A stretch of 64,000 bases of DNA from Candidatus Pollutiaquabacter sp. (GTDB lineage Bacteria > Bacteroidota > Bacteroidia > AKYH767-A > 2013-40CM-41-45). The notes beneath the pieces are model-generated. The model was given only the letters and a program-made list of their open reading frames with translations. It ran no database searches and was not told the DNA's origin. Each line of letters opens with the position of its first letter. Within the stretch, counting starts at the first letter, position 1. Shown here in pieces: positions 19,334 to 28,246 of the stretch. Location: assembly GCA_947465495.1 (NCBI GenBank), contig CANIAS010000002.1, positions 14,274 to 78,273 on the forward strand, given 5' to 3'. The position numbers were made by a program, and so were the translations under genes.

Positions 19334-20098
19334 ATGAAAAAGAGACTTACTATTGATTTAATTTACAACTTGGTTTTAGCAGGACTACTATCATGCATGT
19401 TGCCTGGCTGTGAAAATGACACTGTTTATCCATTATCTACTACCAGCACTCTTAAGATTAATGTTTCTAATACGGTAAATGGAACATCTTTGCAACTGGG
19501 GCAAATGGCATACACAAACGTATCAGGAAACAATTATCAAGTTGATCTGTTACGATATTACTTGTCCAATTTCTCGCTTGTGAAATCCGATAGCAACTAT
19601 TATAACCTCCGGAATTACGACTTAATAGACGCCGAAAATGCGGAAAGTTGCAAGATCACCGGCGACAACGTTCCCAACGGGAAATACACCTACCTGTGTT
19701 TTTATGTCGGTGTGGATAGCACCCATAACAATTCCATTGATCAAACCGGCGACCTAGATCCACTGTATGGTATGTTTTGGCCCTGGAATACCGGTTATAT
19801 ATTTTTTAAGCACGAAGGGTATTATGTGGACTCTTTAGGATCGACCAATAACCTACTATTCCATTATGGAACAGCGCCTGCATTGGTTACAGTGGCCATT
19901 CCTGTTAATATTGAACTATCGGGTAGCACTTGCAGCATCGATCTGCAATTTGATTTAAATTCGGTGTATAACACACCGACCCCAATTGATTTTAACGTGG
20001 ACAATTATCATCAATCTGCCTCGGGTAGCGAACGAGATTGGATTGAAACCATGAAGCAAAATCTCTCAACCGCCTTTACCATCACCGCCGTACACTAA
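19334..20098 (+). CDS. MbnP-family lipoprotein (periplasmic copper-binding partner of di-haem peroxidase MbnH). Putative.
   Basis: 254 aa. A lipoprotein signal is present with lipobox Cys (LLSCMLPGC). It lies 8 nt upstream of a di-haem cytochrome c peroxidase, which is the canonical MbnP-MbnH pairing. The assignment rests on context and size, not on verified motifs. Confidence 0.5.
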   Translation: MKKRLTIDLIYNLVLAGLLSCMLPGCENDTVYPLSTTSTLKINVSNTVNGTSLQLGQMAYTNVSGNNYQVDLLRYYLSNFSLVKSDSNYYNLRNYDLIDAENAESCKITGDNVPNGKYTYLCFYVGVDSTHNNSIDQTGDLDPLYGMFWPWNTGYIFFKHEGYYVDSLGSTNNLLFHYGTAPALVTVAIPVNIELSGSTCSIDLQFDLNSVYNTPTPIDFNVDNYHQSASGSERDWIETMKQNLSTAFTITAVH

Positions 20099-20105
20099 TT
20101 TCAAC

Positions 20106-21155
20106 ATGGACTTTCGCAGGGTACTCTTTTTAATAGCATCGATCTACTTAGTCATAGTGGCATGCAACAAAGACGAAGTAGAATCCGTCAGTAACGGCCC
20201 TACGCCATATCAGCTTAGTATTCCGTCATCGCTGCCACCGATGAATATTCCAGGATCAAATCCACTGACCGTGGAAGGCATCGCACTCGGAAGAAAATTG
20301 TTTTACGACCCATTATTATCGGGCAACAATATCCAATCTTGTGGAGACTGCCATAATCAGGCATTCGGCTTTACAGACAACAATTTTGCACTCAGTACTG
20401 GGATTGATGGAATCGATGGAACTAGAAATTCGATGCCGCTGTTTAATTTAGGATATGCTTCTAATTTCTTTTGGGACGGTGGTGCCACCACGCTTGAATC
20501 GCAAGTTGTAGGACCGATTACCAATCCGATTGAGATGCACGAAGACCTTACCAATTGTGTCAACGAGCTTAAATCGCAACCAGACTACCCGGCTCTATTC
20601 AAAGCTGCCTTTCAAACTGATTCGATTACGATTTCTATGGTAATGAAAGCCATTGCCCAATTCGAACGCACCCTGATTTCGGGCAGCTCAAAATACGATC
20701 AGTCAGTAAAAGGACAGGTCGCGTTGACTTCTCAAGAAGAGAGCGGAAAGCTAGTATTCCTCTCTGCCGCAAAAGGCGATTGCACCCACTGCCACATTTT
20801 AGGCAGCACCTTCACCGATTTTGCCTACAAGAATAATGGATTAGATTCTATTTCAGCGGACAGTGGCCGGGCTCGTATTACACTCAACCCAACTGACCTC
20901 GGTAAATTCAAAACACCTAGTTTACGTAACATCGCGGTAACTCCACCCTACATGCACGATGGTCGATTTTCTACCTTGCAACAGGTGATAGAGCACTACA
21001 ATACCGGTTTTCATTACGCAGCCAATCTAGATCCAAATCTTCAAAATGCAGTGAAAGGTCGAATGAGCCCCCAGGAGATTAGTGATCTGATTGCTTTTTT
21101 AATGACCTTGACCGATACCGATTTTCTGTCCAATCCTGCTTACGGACATCCGTAA
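20106..21155 (+). CDS. Di-haem cytochrome c peroxidase (CCP/MauG/MbnH family)
   Basis: 349 aa. There are two CxxCH haem motifs (CGDCHNQAF and CTHCHIL) and the conserved MauG/CCP segment PSLRNIAVTPPYMHDG. Confidence 0.85.
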   Translation: MDFRRVLFLIASIYLVIVACNKDEVESVSNGPTPYQLSIPSSLPPMNIPGSNPLTVEGIALGRKLFYDPLLSGNNIQSCGDCHNQAFGFTDNNFALSTGIDGIDGTRNSMPLFNLGYASNFFWDGGATTLESQVVGPITNPIEMHEDLTNCVNELKSQPDYPALFKAAFQTDSITISMVMKAIAQFERTLISGSSKYDQSVKGQVALTSQEESGKLVFLSAAKGDCTHCHILGSTFTDFAYKNNGLDSISADSGRARITLNPTDLGKFKTPSLRNIAVTPPYMHDGRFSTLQQVIEHYNTGFHYAANLDPNLQNAVKGRMSPQEISDLIAFLMTLTDTDFLSNPAYGHP

Positions 21156-21239
21156 TTATCAATTTTTCTTCTGTTAAAAGCTCCCTATTAACTCCAGGAG
21201 CTTTTTACTATATTTCGAGTTGTTAAACATACCCTGTCC

Positions 21240-23576
21240 ATGAAAAAACACCTATTGTTGCTAGTTGTGCTGTTTTTGATCCAATCACAAAGCTACGCAG
21301 CCTGTCAGACTGGTTACACTGAGGTCATCGTTCAGATTATTCCTGACAGTTGGCCGAATGAGATTTCCTGGCAACTCAGTGAATCCGGAGGAAACATCCT
21401 TCAGAGTGGAACTTCAGAAGGAGATACACTGTGTGTGCCTGTCGGATCCTGTCTGGAGTTTGTCATCAACGACAGCTATGGCGATGGAATTTACGCTCCA
21501 GGCGGTTATTGGCTTTACGTTGATGGCATTCAAGTTGCGACTGGCTACAACTACGGCTCGCAGGATATGGTAGCTCTGAATTGTCCGCCCGGCATGCATT
21601 GCACATCGCCATTAGAAATTACCTACGGTACCCATTGGGCAACCTTCGAAGACACGTGGTTTGTATATACGGCTGACTCATCTGGCACCTATAACTTAAC
21701 CACCTGCGATAGCAACAGCTGCAACACACAACTTTGGTTATACACCAGTTGCCCGACCCTTCCTTATACGGATGGACCGATGGGATCCTACATCTACAAC
21801 GACGATAATAATTGCGGTACCCAAGCCAGTATGAATTTCACCCTGGTAGCTGGAACTACGTACCTCATTCGTATTGGCGACAACGGAGGCGACTGCTCCG
21901 ATTCAATCAATTTTAGCTTCTCTTATTTCGGACCAGTCATGGGTTGTATGGACCCCTCGGCCTGCAATTTCAACCCGCTGGCTACAGTATCCGACAATTC
22001 ATGTATTTATTACCCAAATCCGATGTGTCAAGGCCCTGACCTTCAGTTTGACTCACTGTCGTTCATCAATAGCATCTCCTTACAAACCTTCAGCGCATCT
22101 ACATGCGACGTAGCCGAAGGATGTGTGACTGGATATGGTACACGATACGTATTGTCCTTTACTTCCAAAATTAACAACATAGGGACTCAGGATTATTACA
22201 TTGGAACACCCTCGTCTCAACCAGGCATGTTCAATACCAATAATTGTCACGGACATGCACACTACGAAGGGTACGGCGACTATCGACTGTACGATTCCTT
22301 GGGAACCATTGTACCGGCAGGCCATAAAAACGGCTACTGTGTGATGGACTTATGCGGTATGGGCCAATACAACTGTGGCGACATGGGCATTTCAGCAGGA
22401 TGCTATGATGTGTATGGCGCCGGCACACAATGCCAGTGGATCGACATCACCGACGTAGCAGATGGCGACTATCGCTTGGCCATCCTCATCAATTCCCAAC
22501 ACCTCCCGGATGCGTTGGGTCATTACGAAACCAATCATCTCAACAACGCCCTTCAGATTTGCATTCGAATTACGCATAACGCACAAGGTGTTCCTAGCTA
22601 CTCTATACTTCCAAATTGTACTCCTTACGTCGATTGCAACGGAGTACCAGGAGGAGTATCAGAAACAGATTGCAATGGAATTTGTGGCGGACCTTCTGTA
22701 TACGGTGACCTTAATTCGGATGCCTTATTGAACACAGCAGATATTACTAGTTACATGGATCAAGTAGAATCCCAATTCTCTGCTACAACGTGTAATGATC
22801 TGAACGGAGACGGAGAGCTAACCATATTCGATGTAGCACAATCAAATTGGTGTTATTACGGCAATCCGAATATTCAAGGCGGCACTCACAATCATTGCCA
22901 ATTTCCGCGCAACCTAATTAGCTTCACTGACACTTCCGAATTGAGTATAGTCGCATTCGATCCTATTAACAACTACATTGATGTTGGCTTGAAAAATCCG
23001 CGCGTAGGGATCAAAGGATACCAATTTACGGTGAGTGGCATCGATGTGTTTTCTTACATCAGCATGATCAACCCATTGCAATTCCAGGCAGACGTGCGAT
23101 ACATTCCTGCTACCCATGAGGTCATTGCATTTGGCCTGAACGACTCCACGATTCCTAGATCTACATTACCACGTCCATTGATCCGTCTGTTCTACAACAA
23201 TGTAACAGATACAGTGGTTTGTATCAGTTCGATTTCTGACATCATGAACGAACGTGGGGAAGGTACCATACCCGCACTCGCAAACAACTGTCGCAGTTTC
23301 AGCACAACCAATGTAAGTTCCCTGTACAAAAACGCTGCACTGATGGTGGTTCCAAATCCTGCGAAGGACGAAGCTTACTTACACATATCAGAAGGATTCA
23401 ATCCGGGTGCTACCATCATGATGGTCGACATAACTGGAAAACAATTCCAAGTTTCTGTAGCGCAATTGCGAAAAGATTGGGTGAAATTAGACTTGAAGGA
23501 ACTTCCAAATGGAGTTTATATGATTCGAATTCTGGATGGCGATTATGCCGGTACAGCGCGAGTTGTAAAACTCTAA
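21240..23576 (+). CDS. Secreted multidomain protein with a lysyl-oxidase-like copper amine oxidase catalytic domain, dockerin-like Ca-binding repeats and a T9SS C-terminal sorting domain
   Basis: 778 aa with a signal peptide. The LOX copper/LTQ core is [18 protein letters not shown] (vs human LOX CHQHYHSMDEFSHYD), [10 protein letters not shown] (vs GHKASFCLED) and [27 protein letters not shown] (vs [27 protein letters not shown]). The dockerin-like repeats are [13 protein letters not shown] and [13 protein letters not shown]. The T9SS CTD is [14 protein letters not shown]...GVYMIRI...RVVKL. Confidence 0.8.
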   Translation: [778 protein letters not shown]

Positions 23577-23580
23577 GCCA

Positions 23581-24285
23581 TTACATACAGGCAGTCTCAA
23601 GAGCCACTTCCACCATTTGGCGAAGTCCGTTCTGTCGTTGCTCGGCGGTCATTTCTTCGCCGGTACGTATGTGATCGCTGATAGTAAGGATGGCGAGAGC
23701 GCTTGCACCATACTCGGCGGCAACACCATAAAGACCTGCAGCCTCCATTTCAACACATAGAATTCCCATTCGTTCTACGTGATCGTATAGGTCTTTGATA
23801 GGACTATAGAAATAATCGGAAGAGAAGCACATTCCCGTGCGCACTGTGAGTTTCCTGCTGCGACCAGCATCAACCGCACGACGCACCAGCTCAAAATCAG
23901 CGCATGGTGCGAAATCCAAACCAAGCAGACGGGAACGATTGACCATTGAATCTGTACTTGCCGATAGTGCCACTACAAGATCGCCCAACTGGGTGCCTTT
24001 CAATCCACCGGCAGTACCGATTCGTATAATATTTTTAACGCCATATTCGGTAATCAACTCCTTCGCATACAACATGCAGGAAGGAATGCCCATTCCCGAG
24101 CCCATGACAGAGACTCGTTGCCCATGAAAATTGCCCGTGAATGCAAGCATATTTCTGATCTCGTTGACCTGCACCACCTCTGACAAAAAGGTATCCGCGA
24201 TAAATTTGGCTCGTAGCGGATCACCAGGAAATAGAACAGTTTTGGCGAAGGCACCTTCAGGAGCGCCGATATGTATGGTAGACAT
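23581..24285 (-). CDS. deoD: Purine nucleoside phosphorylase, DeoD type
   Basis: 234 aa. The PNP-I pattern MSTIHIGAPEGAFAKTVLFPGDPLRAKFIA...VMGSGMGIPS...RIGTAGG is present. Confidence 0.9.
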   Translation of the reverse strand: MSTIHIGAPEGAFAKTVLFPGDPLRAKFIADTFLSEVVQVNEIRNMLAFTGNFHGQRVSVMGSGMGIPSCMLYAKELITEYGVKNIIRIGTAGGLKGTQLGDLVVALSASTDSMVNRSRLLGLDFAPCADFELVRRAVDAGRSRKLTVRTGMCFSSDYFYSPIKDLYDHVERMGILCVEMEAAGLYGVAAEYGASALAILTISDHIRTGEEMTAEQRQNGLRQMVEVALETACM

Positions 24286-24430
24286 AGCAGTGTTTATTGA
24301 ATGAATGATTCAGATTGGAATGATATTGAATTAAACACTCCATCTACATCAACAAGGTAGGCCAAATTAGACTTTGCTTTTCGTTGATTTTCAGGTATTT
24401 TTTAAAAAAAGAGCTTTTTTTATTCCAATT

Positions 24431-24462
24431 TTTGATTTTCAGTGAAAAGAAATGTACTTTTG
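24431..24462 (+). promoter_or_regulatory. Bacteroidota sigmaA-type promoter (-33 TTTG / -7 TAnnTTTG) driving the tRNA-Gly/tRNA-Leu pair
   Basis: TTTG at 24431-24434, a 20-nt spacer, then TACTTTTG at 24455-24462. This sits about 30 nt upstream of tRNA-Gly. Confidence 0.5.
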
Positions 24463-24495
24463 AGCTCGCTTTTACGGTAGTATCGTAGGCAACAG

Positions 24496-24571
<76 letters not shown>

Positions 24572-24613
24572 AGTTAGAGATCCCTCGTACCAGCGGGGGA
24601 TTTTCTTTTAAAT

Positions 24614-24698
24614 GCCCGGATGGTGGAACTGGTAGACACGAGGGACTTAAAATCCCTTGGCCATTGCGGCCGTGCAGGTTCGATTCCTGTTCCGGGTA
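24614..24698 (+). tRNA. tRNA-Leu (anticodon TAA), type II with a long variable arm
   Basis: The acceptor is gcccgga/tccgggt, the anticodon stem aggga/tccct with loop ctTAAaa, followed by a long variable arm and a T-arm gcagg-ttcgattc-cctgt. CCA is not encoded. Confidence 0.8.
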
Positions 24699-24741
24699 CT
24701 TTAATATAGAGGTGAAGTTTGCTCTTCCAGAGCCTTCACAC

Positions 24742-27531
24742 CTACTTACCTCCTATCACCTTTTTAATTTCGTTCAGCATATTTAAGGCCTGAACAGGTG
24801 TTAGGTTGTCCAAATCAGCTTTCAAAATTTGTTCCCGTACTTGTTCTAGTACCGGATCATCCAACTGAAAAAAGCTCAATTGAAAATCCGGGTCACTAGC
24901 TGCTTTCTTTTTACTTCCAGCAGCACTGGTCGATGACAACTTACCAGCAGTAGCTGAATTCGTCGAAGCGCTGGCTGAGCTGGTCGAAGCGCTGGCTGAG
25001 CTGGTCGAAGCGCTGGCTGAGCTGGTCGAAGCGCTGGCTGAGCTGGTCGAAGCCCGACTTGCCTCCAACTGTTTCAAAATCTCACTCGCACGCTGCACCA
25101 CTTTTATCGGGATGCCCGCCATCTTCGCAACATGTATTCCGAAACTATGCTCGCTCCCACCCGGCACTAACTTTCGCAAGAATAAAACATTCGTACCTGT
25201 CTCTTTGACTGCTACGTGAAAATTACGGATTCGCTGCATCTCAGTAGCCATCTCATTCAGTTCATGATAATGAGTAGCAAAGAGGGTTTTCGCGCTGACA
25301 GTAGGATGTTCATGAATATACTCGGCAATCGACCAGGCGATGCTAATTCCGTCGTAGGTGGCTGTGCCTCGTCCTATTTCATCCAATAAGACCAGACTAC
25401 GATCAGACAAATTATGAAGAATACTGGCGGTCTCATTCATCTCCACCATAAAGGTCGACTCCCCGGAAGAGATATTGTCGGATGCGCCAACACGAGTAAA
25501 AATCTTGTCGACGATTCCAATGCGAGCTGAAGTTGCCGGGACGAAACTTCCCACTTGCGCCATCAAGGTAATTAAAGCGGTCTGCCGCAATAAAGCCGAC
25601 TTACCAGACATATTGGGTCCAGTGATCATGAGCACCTGCTGCACATCAGGATCCAGGTAGATGTCATTAGCGACAAACTTCTCTCCTATTGGCAGCTGTC
25701 TCTCAATTACTGGATGACGACCATCCTTAATGTCAATGATACGTCCTTCATTTATTTCAGGACGTACGTACCCTGATCGTGTAGCGGTTGAAGAGAACGA
25801 TTGCAGTACATCCATGCGTGACAATAAAGCGGCATTCAGCTGCACGGGCTGTATATATTCCAACAATGCGACCATTAAATCAGCAAACAAACGCTCCTCG
25901 ATGGCCAAAATCTTCTCCTCTGCTCCGAGTATCTTCTCTTCGTACTCTTTTAGTTCCGCGGTGATATAGCGTTCGGCGTTTGTCAATGTCTGCTTACGGA
26001 TCCACTCCAAAGGAACCTTGTCTTTGTGTGTATGTGTCACTTCAATGTAATACCCGAAAACATTGTTGAAGCCTACTTTCAAGGATGTAATCCCGGTACG
26101 TTCCGCTTCACGTTGCTGTATTTTCAGTAAGACATCCTTACCATGGAAGGCTATGGCGCGTAACTCATCTAGCTCATGATGGACACCGGACCGAATCACA
26201 CCTCCTTTATGGACAAGTGCAGGAGCTTCCGGGTCCAATTCGCGTACTATCCGTTCGCGCATGATTTGACATGAGTTAAGCTGATCACCAATCATCCGCA
26301 AGGAGTCCCGGTCACTGTTTAGCAGCTGTTCACGTATCCGTTCAGTCATTTCCAATGAACGTCGAAGTTGCAAGACATCTCTTGGAGATACTTTGCCAAG
26401 TGCGACCTTAGAAATCAACCGTTCCAAGTCGCCAACCTGCTTCAACGAATCAACAAGCGTTGCCGTGAACTCATCGTTTTTCAATAAATAATCTACAGCA
26501 TCCAACCGCTCCTCTATCGCTGTACGCTCCTTGAGTGGAAGCATGATCCAACGTTTCATCAGTCGTGCGCCCATCGGAGTGACCGTCTGATCGAGAACAT
26601 CGACCAGCGTAACAGCGTTCTCATTGGACGAGCCGACCAATTCAAGATTTCGTATGGTAAACTTGTCAAGCCATACATACCGATCTTCTTCCAACCTTGA
26701 AATCGCGGTGATGTGCTTCAATTGATCTTGACGTGTGTCTGAAACATAATGAAGCGCAGCTCCAGCAGCAACAATGGCAGCTGGGAATTCTTCGACACCA
26801 AAACCTTTCAATGATTTGGTACCGAAATGGCGCAATAACAATTCGCGTGTATAATCGGGTTGAAACACCCATTCATCGACTGCGTAATTATAAAACCTAG
26901 TGCCTATCCGATCTTGTAAGTCCTTCTTTTGAACACGGGAGAAAATAACCTCCGTTGGTTGAAAATTCTGCAAGAGCTTTTCCACGTAATCCATGGATCC
27001 TTGAGCTGCATAAAATTCACCGGTTGAAATGTCTACAAAAGAAACGCCAGCCACTTTCCCGTCTACATGCAGTGAGGCCAGGTAATTGTTTTTTTTATGC
27101 TCAAGAATTTTGTCGTTGTATGAAACCCCGGGTGTTACAAATTCTGTCACTCCCCTTTTAACGATTTTCTTGGTCAATTTAGGGTCTTCCAGCTGATCGC
27201 AGATAGCTACTCGCATTCCTGCACGCACCAACTTAGGCAGATACGTATCCAATGAATGGTGCGGAAATCCGGCTAACTCAATAAATGTAGCTGATCCATT
27301 GGCACGACGGGTAAGGACGATTCCAAGGATGGAGGACGCCTTCACTGCGTCCTCGCCAAAGGTCTCGTAGAAATCACCCACCCGAAACAATAATAAGGCG
27401 TCCGGATACTTCGCCTTGATGCCGTAGTATTGTTTCATGAGCGGAGTTTCCACTACCGCATTTTTTGTCTCTTCTTTCAACAAGATTTTTCGCTTCTTTG
27501 TCACTGGAAACCCAGTATGCGCAAGATACAA
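24742..27531 (-). CDS. mutS: DNA mismatch repair protein MutS with a C-terminal (ASASTSS)n low-complexity insert
   Basis: 929 aa. It has the N-terminal mismatch-binding domain PLMKQYYGIKAKYPDALLLFRVGDFYETF, Walker A GPNMSGKS and the HTH region. The true start is probably downstream of 27531 (GTG at 27504 or ATG at 27438), because 27517-27531 overlaps the divergent TrmH-family gene. Confidence 0.9.
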   Translation of the reverse strand: MYLAHTGFPVTKKRKILLKEETKNAVVETPLMKQYYGIKAKYPDALLLFRVGDFYETFGEDAVKASSILGIVLTRRANGSATFIELAGFPHHSLDTYLPKLVRAGMRVAICDQLEDPKLTKKIVKRGVTEFVTPGVSYNDKILEHKKNNYLASLHVDGKVAGVSFVDISTGEFYAAQGSMDYVEKLLQNFQPTEVIFSRVQKKDLQDRIGTRFYNYAVDEWVFQPDYTRELLLRHFGTKSLKGFGVEEFPAAIVAAGAALHYVSDTRQDQLKHITAISRLEEDRYVWLDKFTIRNLELVGSSNENAVTLVDVLDQTVTPMGARLMKRWIMLPLKERTAIEERLDAVDYLLKNDEFTATLVDSLKQVGDLERLISKVALGKVSPRDVLQLRRSLEMTERIREQLLNSDRDSLRMIGDQLNSCQIMRERIVRELDPEAPALVHKGGVIRSGVHHELDELRAIAFHGKDVLLKIQQREAERTGITSLKVGFNNVFGYYIEVTHTHKDKVPLEWIRKQTLTNAERYITAELKEYEEKILGAEEKILAIEERLFADLMVALLEYIQPVQLNAALLSRMDVLQSFSSTATRSGYVRPEINEGRIIDIKDGRHPVIERQLPIGEKFVANDIYLDPDVQQVLMITGPNMSGKSALLRQTALITLMAQVGSFVPATSARIGIVDKIFTRVGASDNISSGESTFMVEMNETASILHNLSDRSLVLLDEIGRGTATYDGISIAWSIAEYIHEHPTVSAKTLFATHYHELNEMATEMQRIRNFHVAVKETGTNVLFLRKLVPGGSEHSFGIHVAKMAGIPIKVVQRASEILKQLEASRASTSSASASTSSASASTSSASASTSSASASTNSATAGKLSSTSAAGSKKKAASDPDFQLSFFQLDDPVLEQVREQILKADLDNLTPVQALNMLNEIKKVIGGK

Positions 27532-28050
27532 AACGCTGATTTAGGGCGGAAGACCGCCGACGAATTTCACGCTTCCGAGAAACGACCAATCACCGTGGTC
27601 TTGGACAATGTGCGTAGTTTAAACAACATAGGATCCGTTTTCCGCAGTGCGGACGCATTTTTATGTGAAAAGATATGCCTTTGTGGGATTACTGCCACGC
27701 CTCCCCACCGTGAAATCCACAAGACAGCGCTTGGCGCTGAGGAAACTGTGATTTGGGCTCATTACGCAAACACCCGTGATGCGATCCTTGAATTGAAAGA
27801 AAAAGGGTATCGAATCATTGCCGTTGAACAAGCAGATGGAAGCCTGCCGCTGCACCAACTTAAGTACGAACTATCGGACAAGATTGCCTTTGTATTTGGC
27901 CACGAGATCGATGGTGTGAGCGACGAGGTCCTTGAATTACTGGAAGAGGCATTGGAAATACCACAATTTGGCACTAAGCATTCGTTAAACATTTCTGTTT
28001 GCGCCGGCATCGTGTTGTGGGATCATTTTCTCAAAATTTCCAAGGGTTAA
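27517..28050 (+). CDS. SpoU/TrmH-family RNA 2'-O-methyltransferase
   Basis: The start is the ATG at 27517 (MRKIQNADLG...), internal to the longer track ORF. SPOUT motifs LDNVRSLNNIGSVFRSADAF, VFGHEIDGVSDEVL and LNISVCAGIVLW are present. Confidence 0.75.
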   Translation: MRKIQNADLGRKTADEFHASEKRPITVVLDNVRSLNNIGSVFRSADAFLCEKICLCGITATPPHREIHKTALGAEETVIWAHYANTRDAILELKEKGYRIIAVEQADGSLPLHQLKYELSDKIAFVFGHEIDGVSDEVLELLEEALEIPQFGTKHSLNISVCAGIVLWDHFLKISKG

Positions 28051-28192
28051 GAACATTCTCCGACCAGGAGTTTTTCTTCTCTGCGCAATAAGACTAACGG
28101 TTATAAATACCGTAAAACACGCTTAAATCTCACCGCAATTCAGTTGGAATCACAAGAACTGATTTCCTTTAGAAACACCCTAGCAAAAATAA

Positions 28193-28217
28193 GAGGCTGC
28201 CTTTTATGGGCAGCCTC
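28193..28217 (-). terminator. Intrinsic terminator downstream of the ompA-family gene, probably bidirectional with the TrmH-family gene
   Basis: A 9-bp stem gaggctgcc / ggcagcctc has a 7-nt loop. The minus strand reads a T-run (ttatttttg) after the hairpin. Confidence 0.6.
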
Positions 28218-28246
28218 TCACTATAGGACTTTCTTAATTAGCAGGA

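Noticed and set aside
24958-25054. The regular 21-bp direct repeats were considered as a possible CRISPR array.
   Set aside because: The units are contiguous with no spacers. They lie in-frame inside mutS, encode (ASASTSS)n, and no cas genes are nearby.
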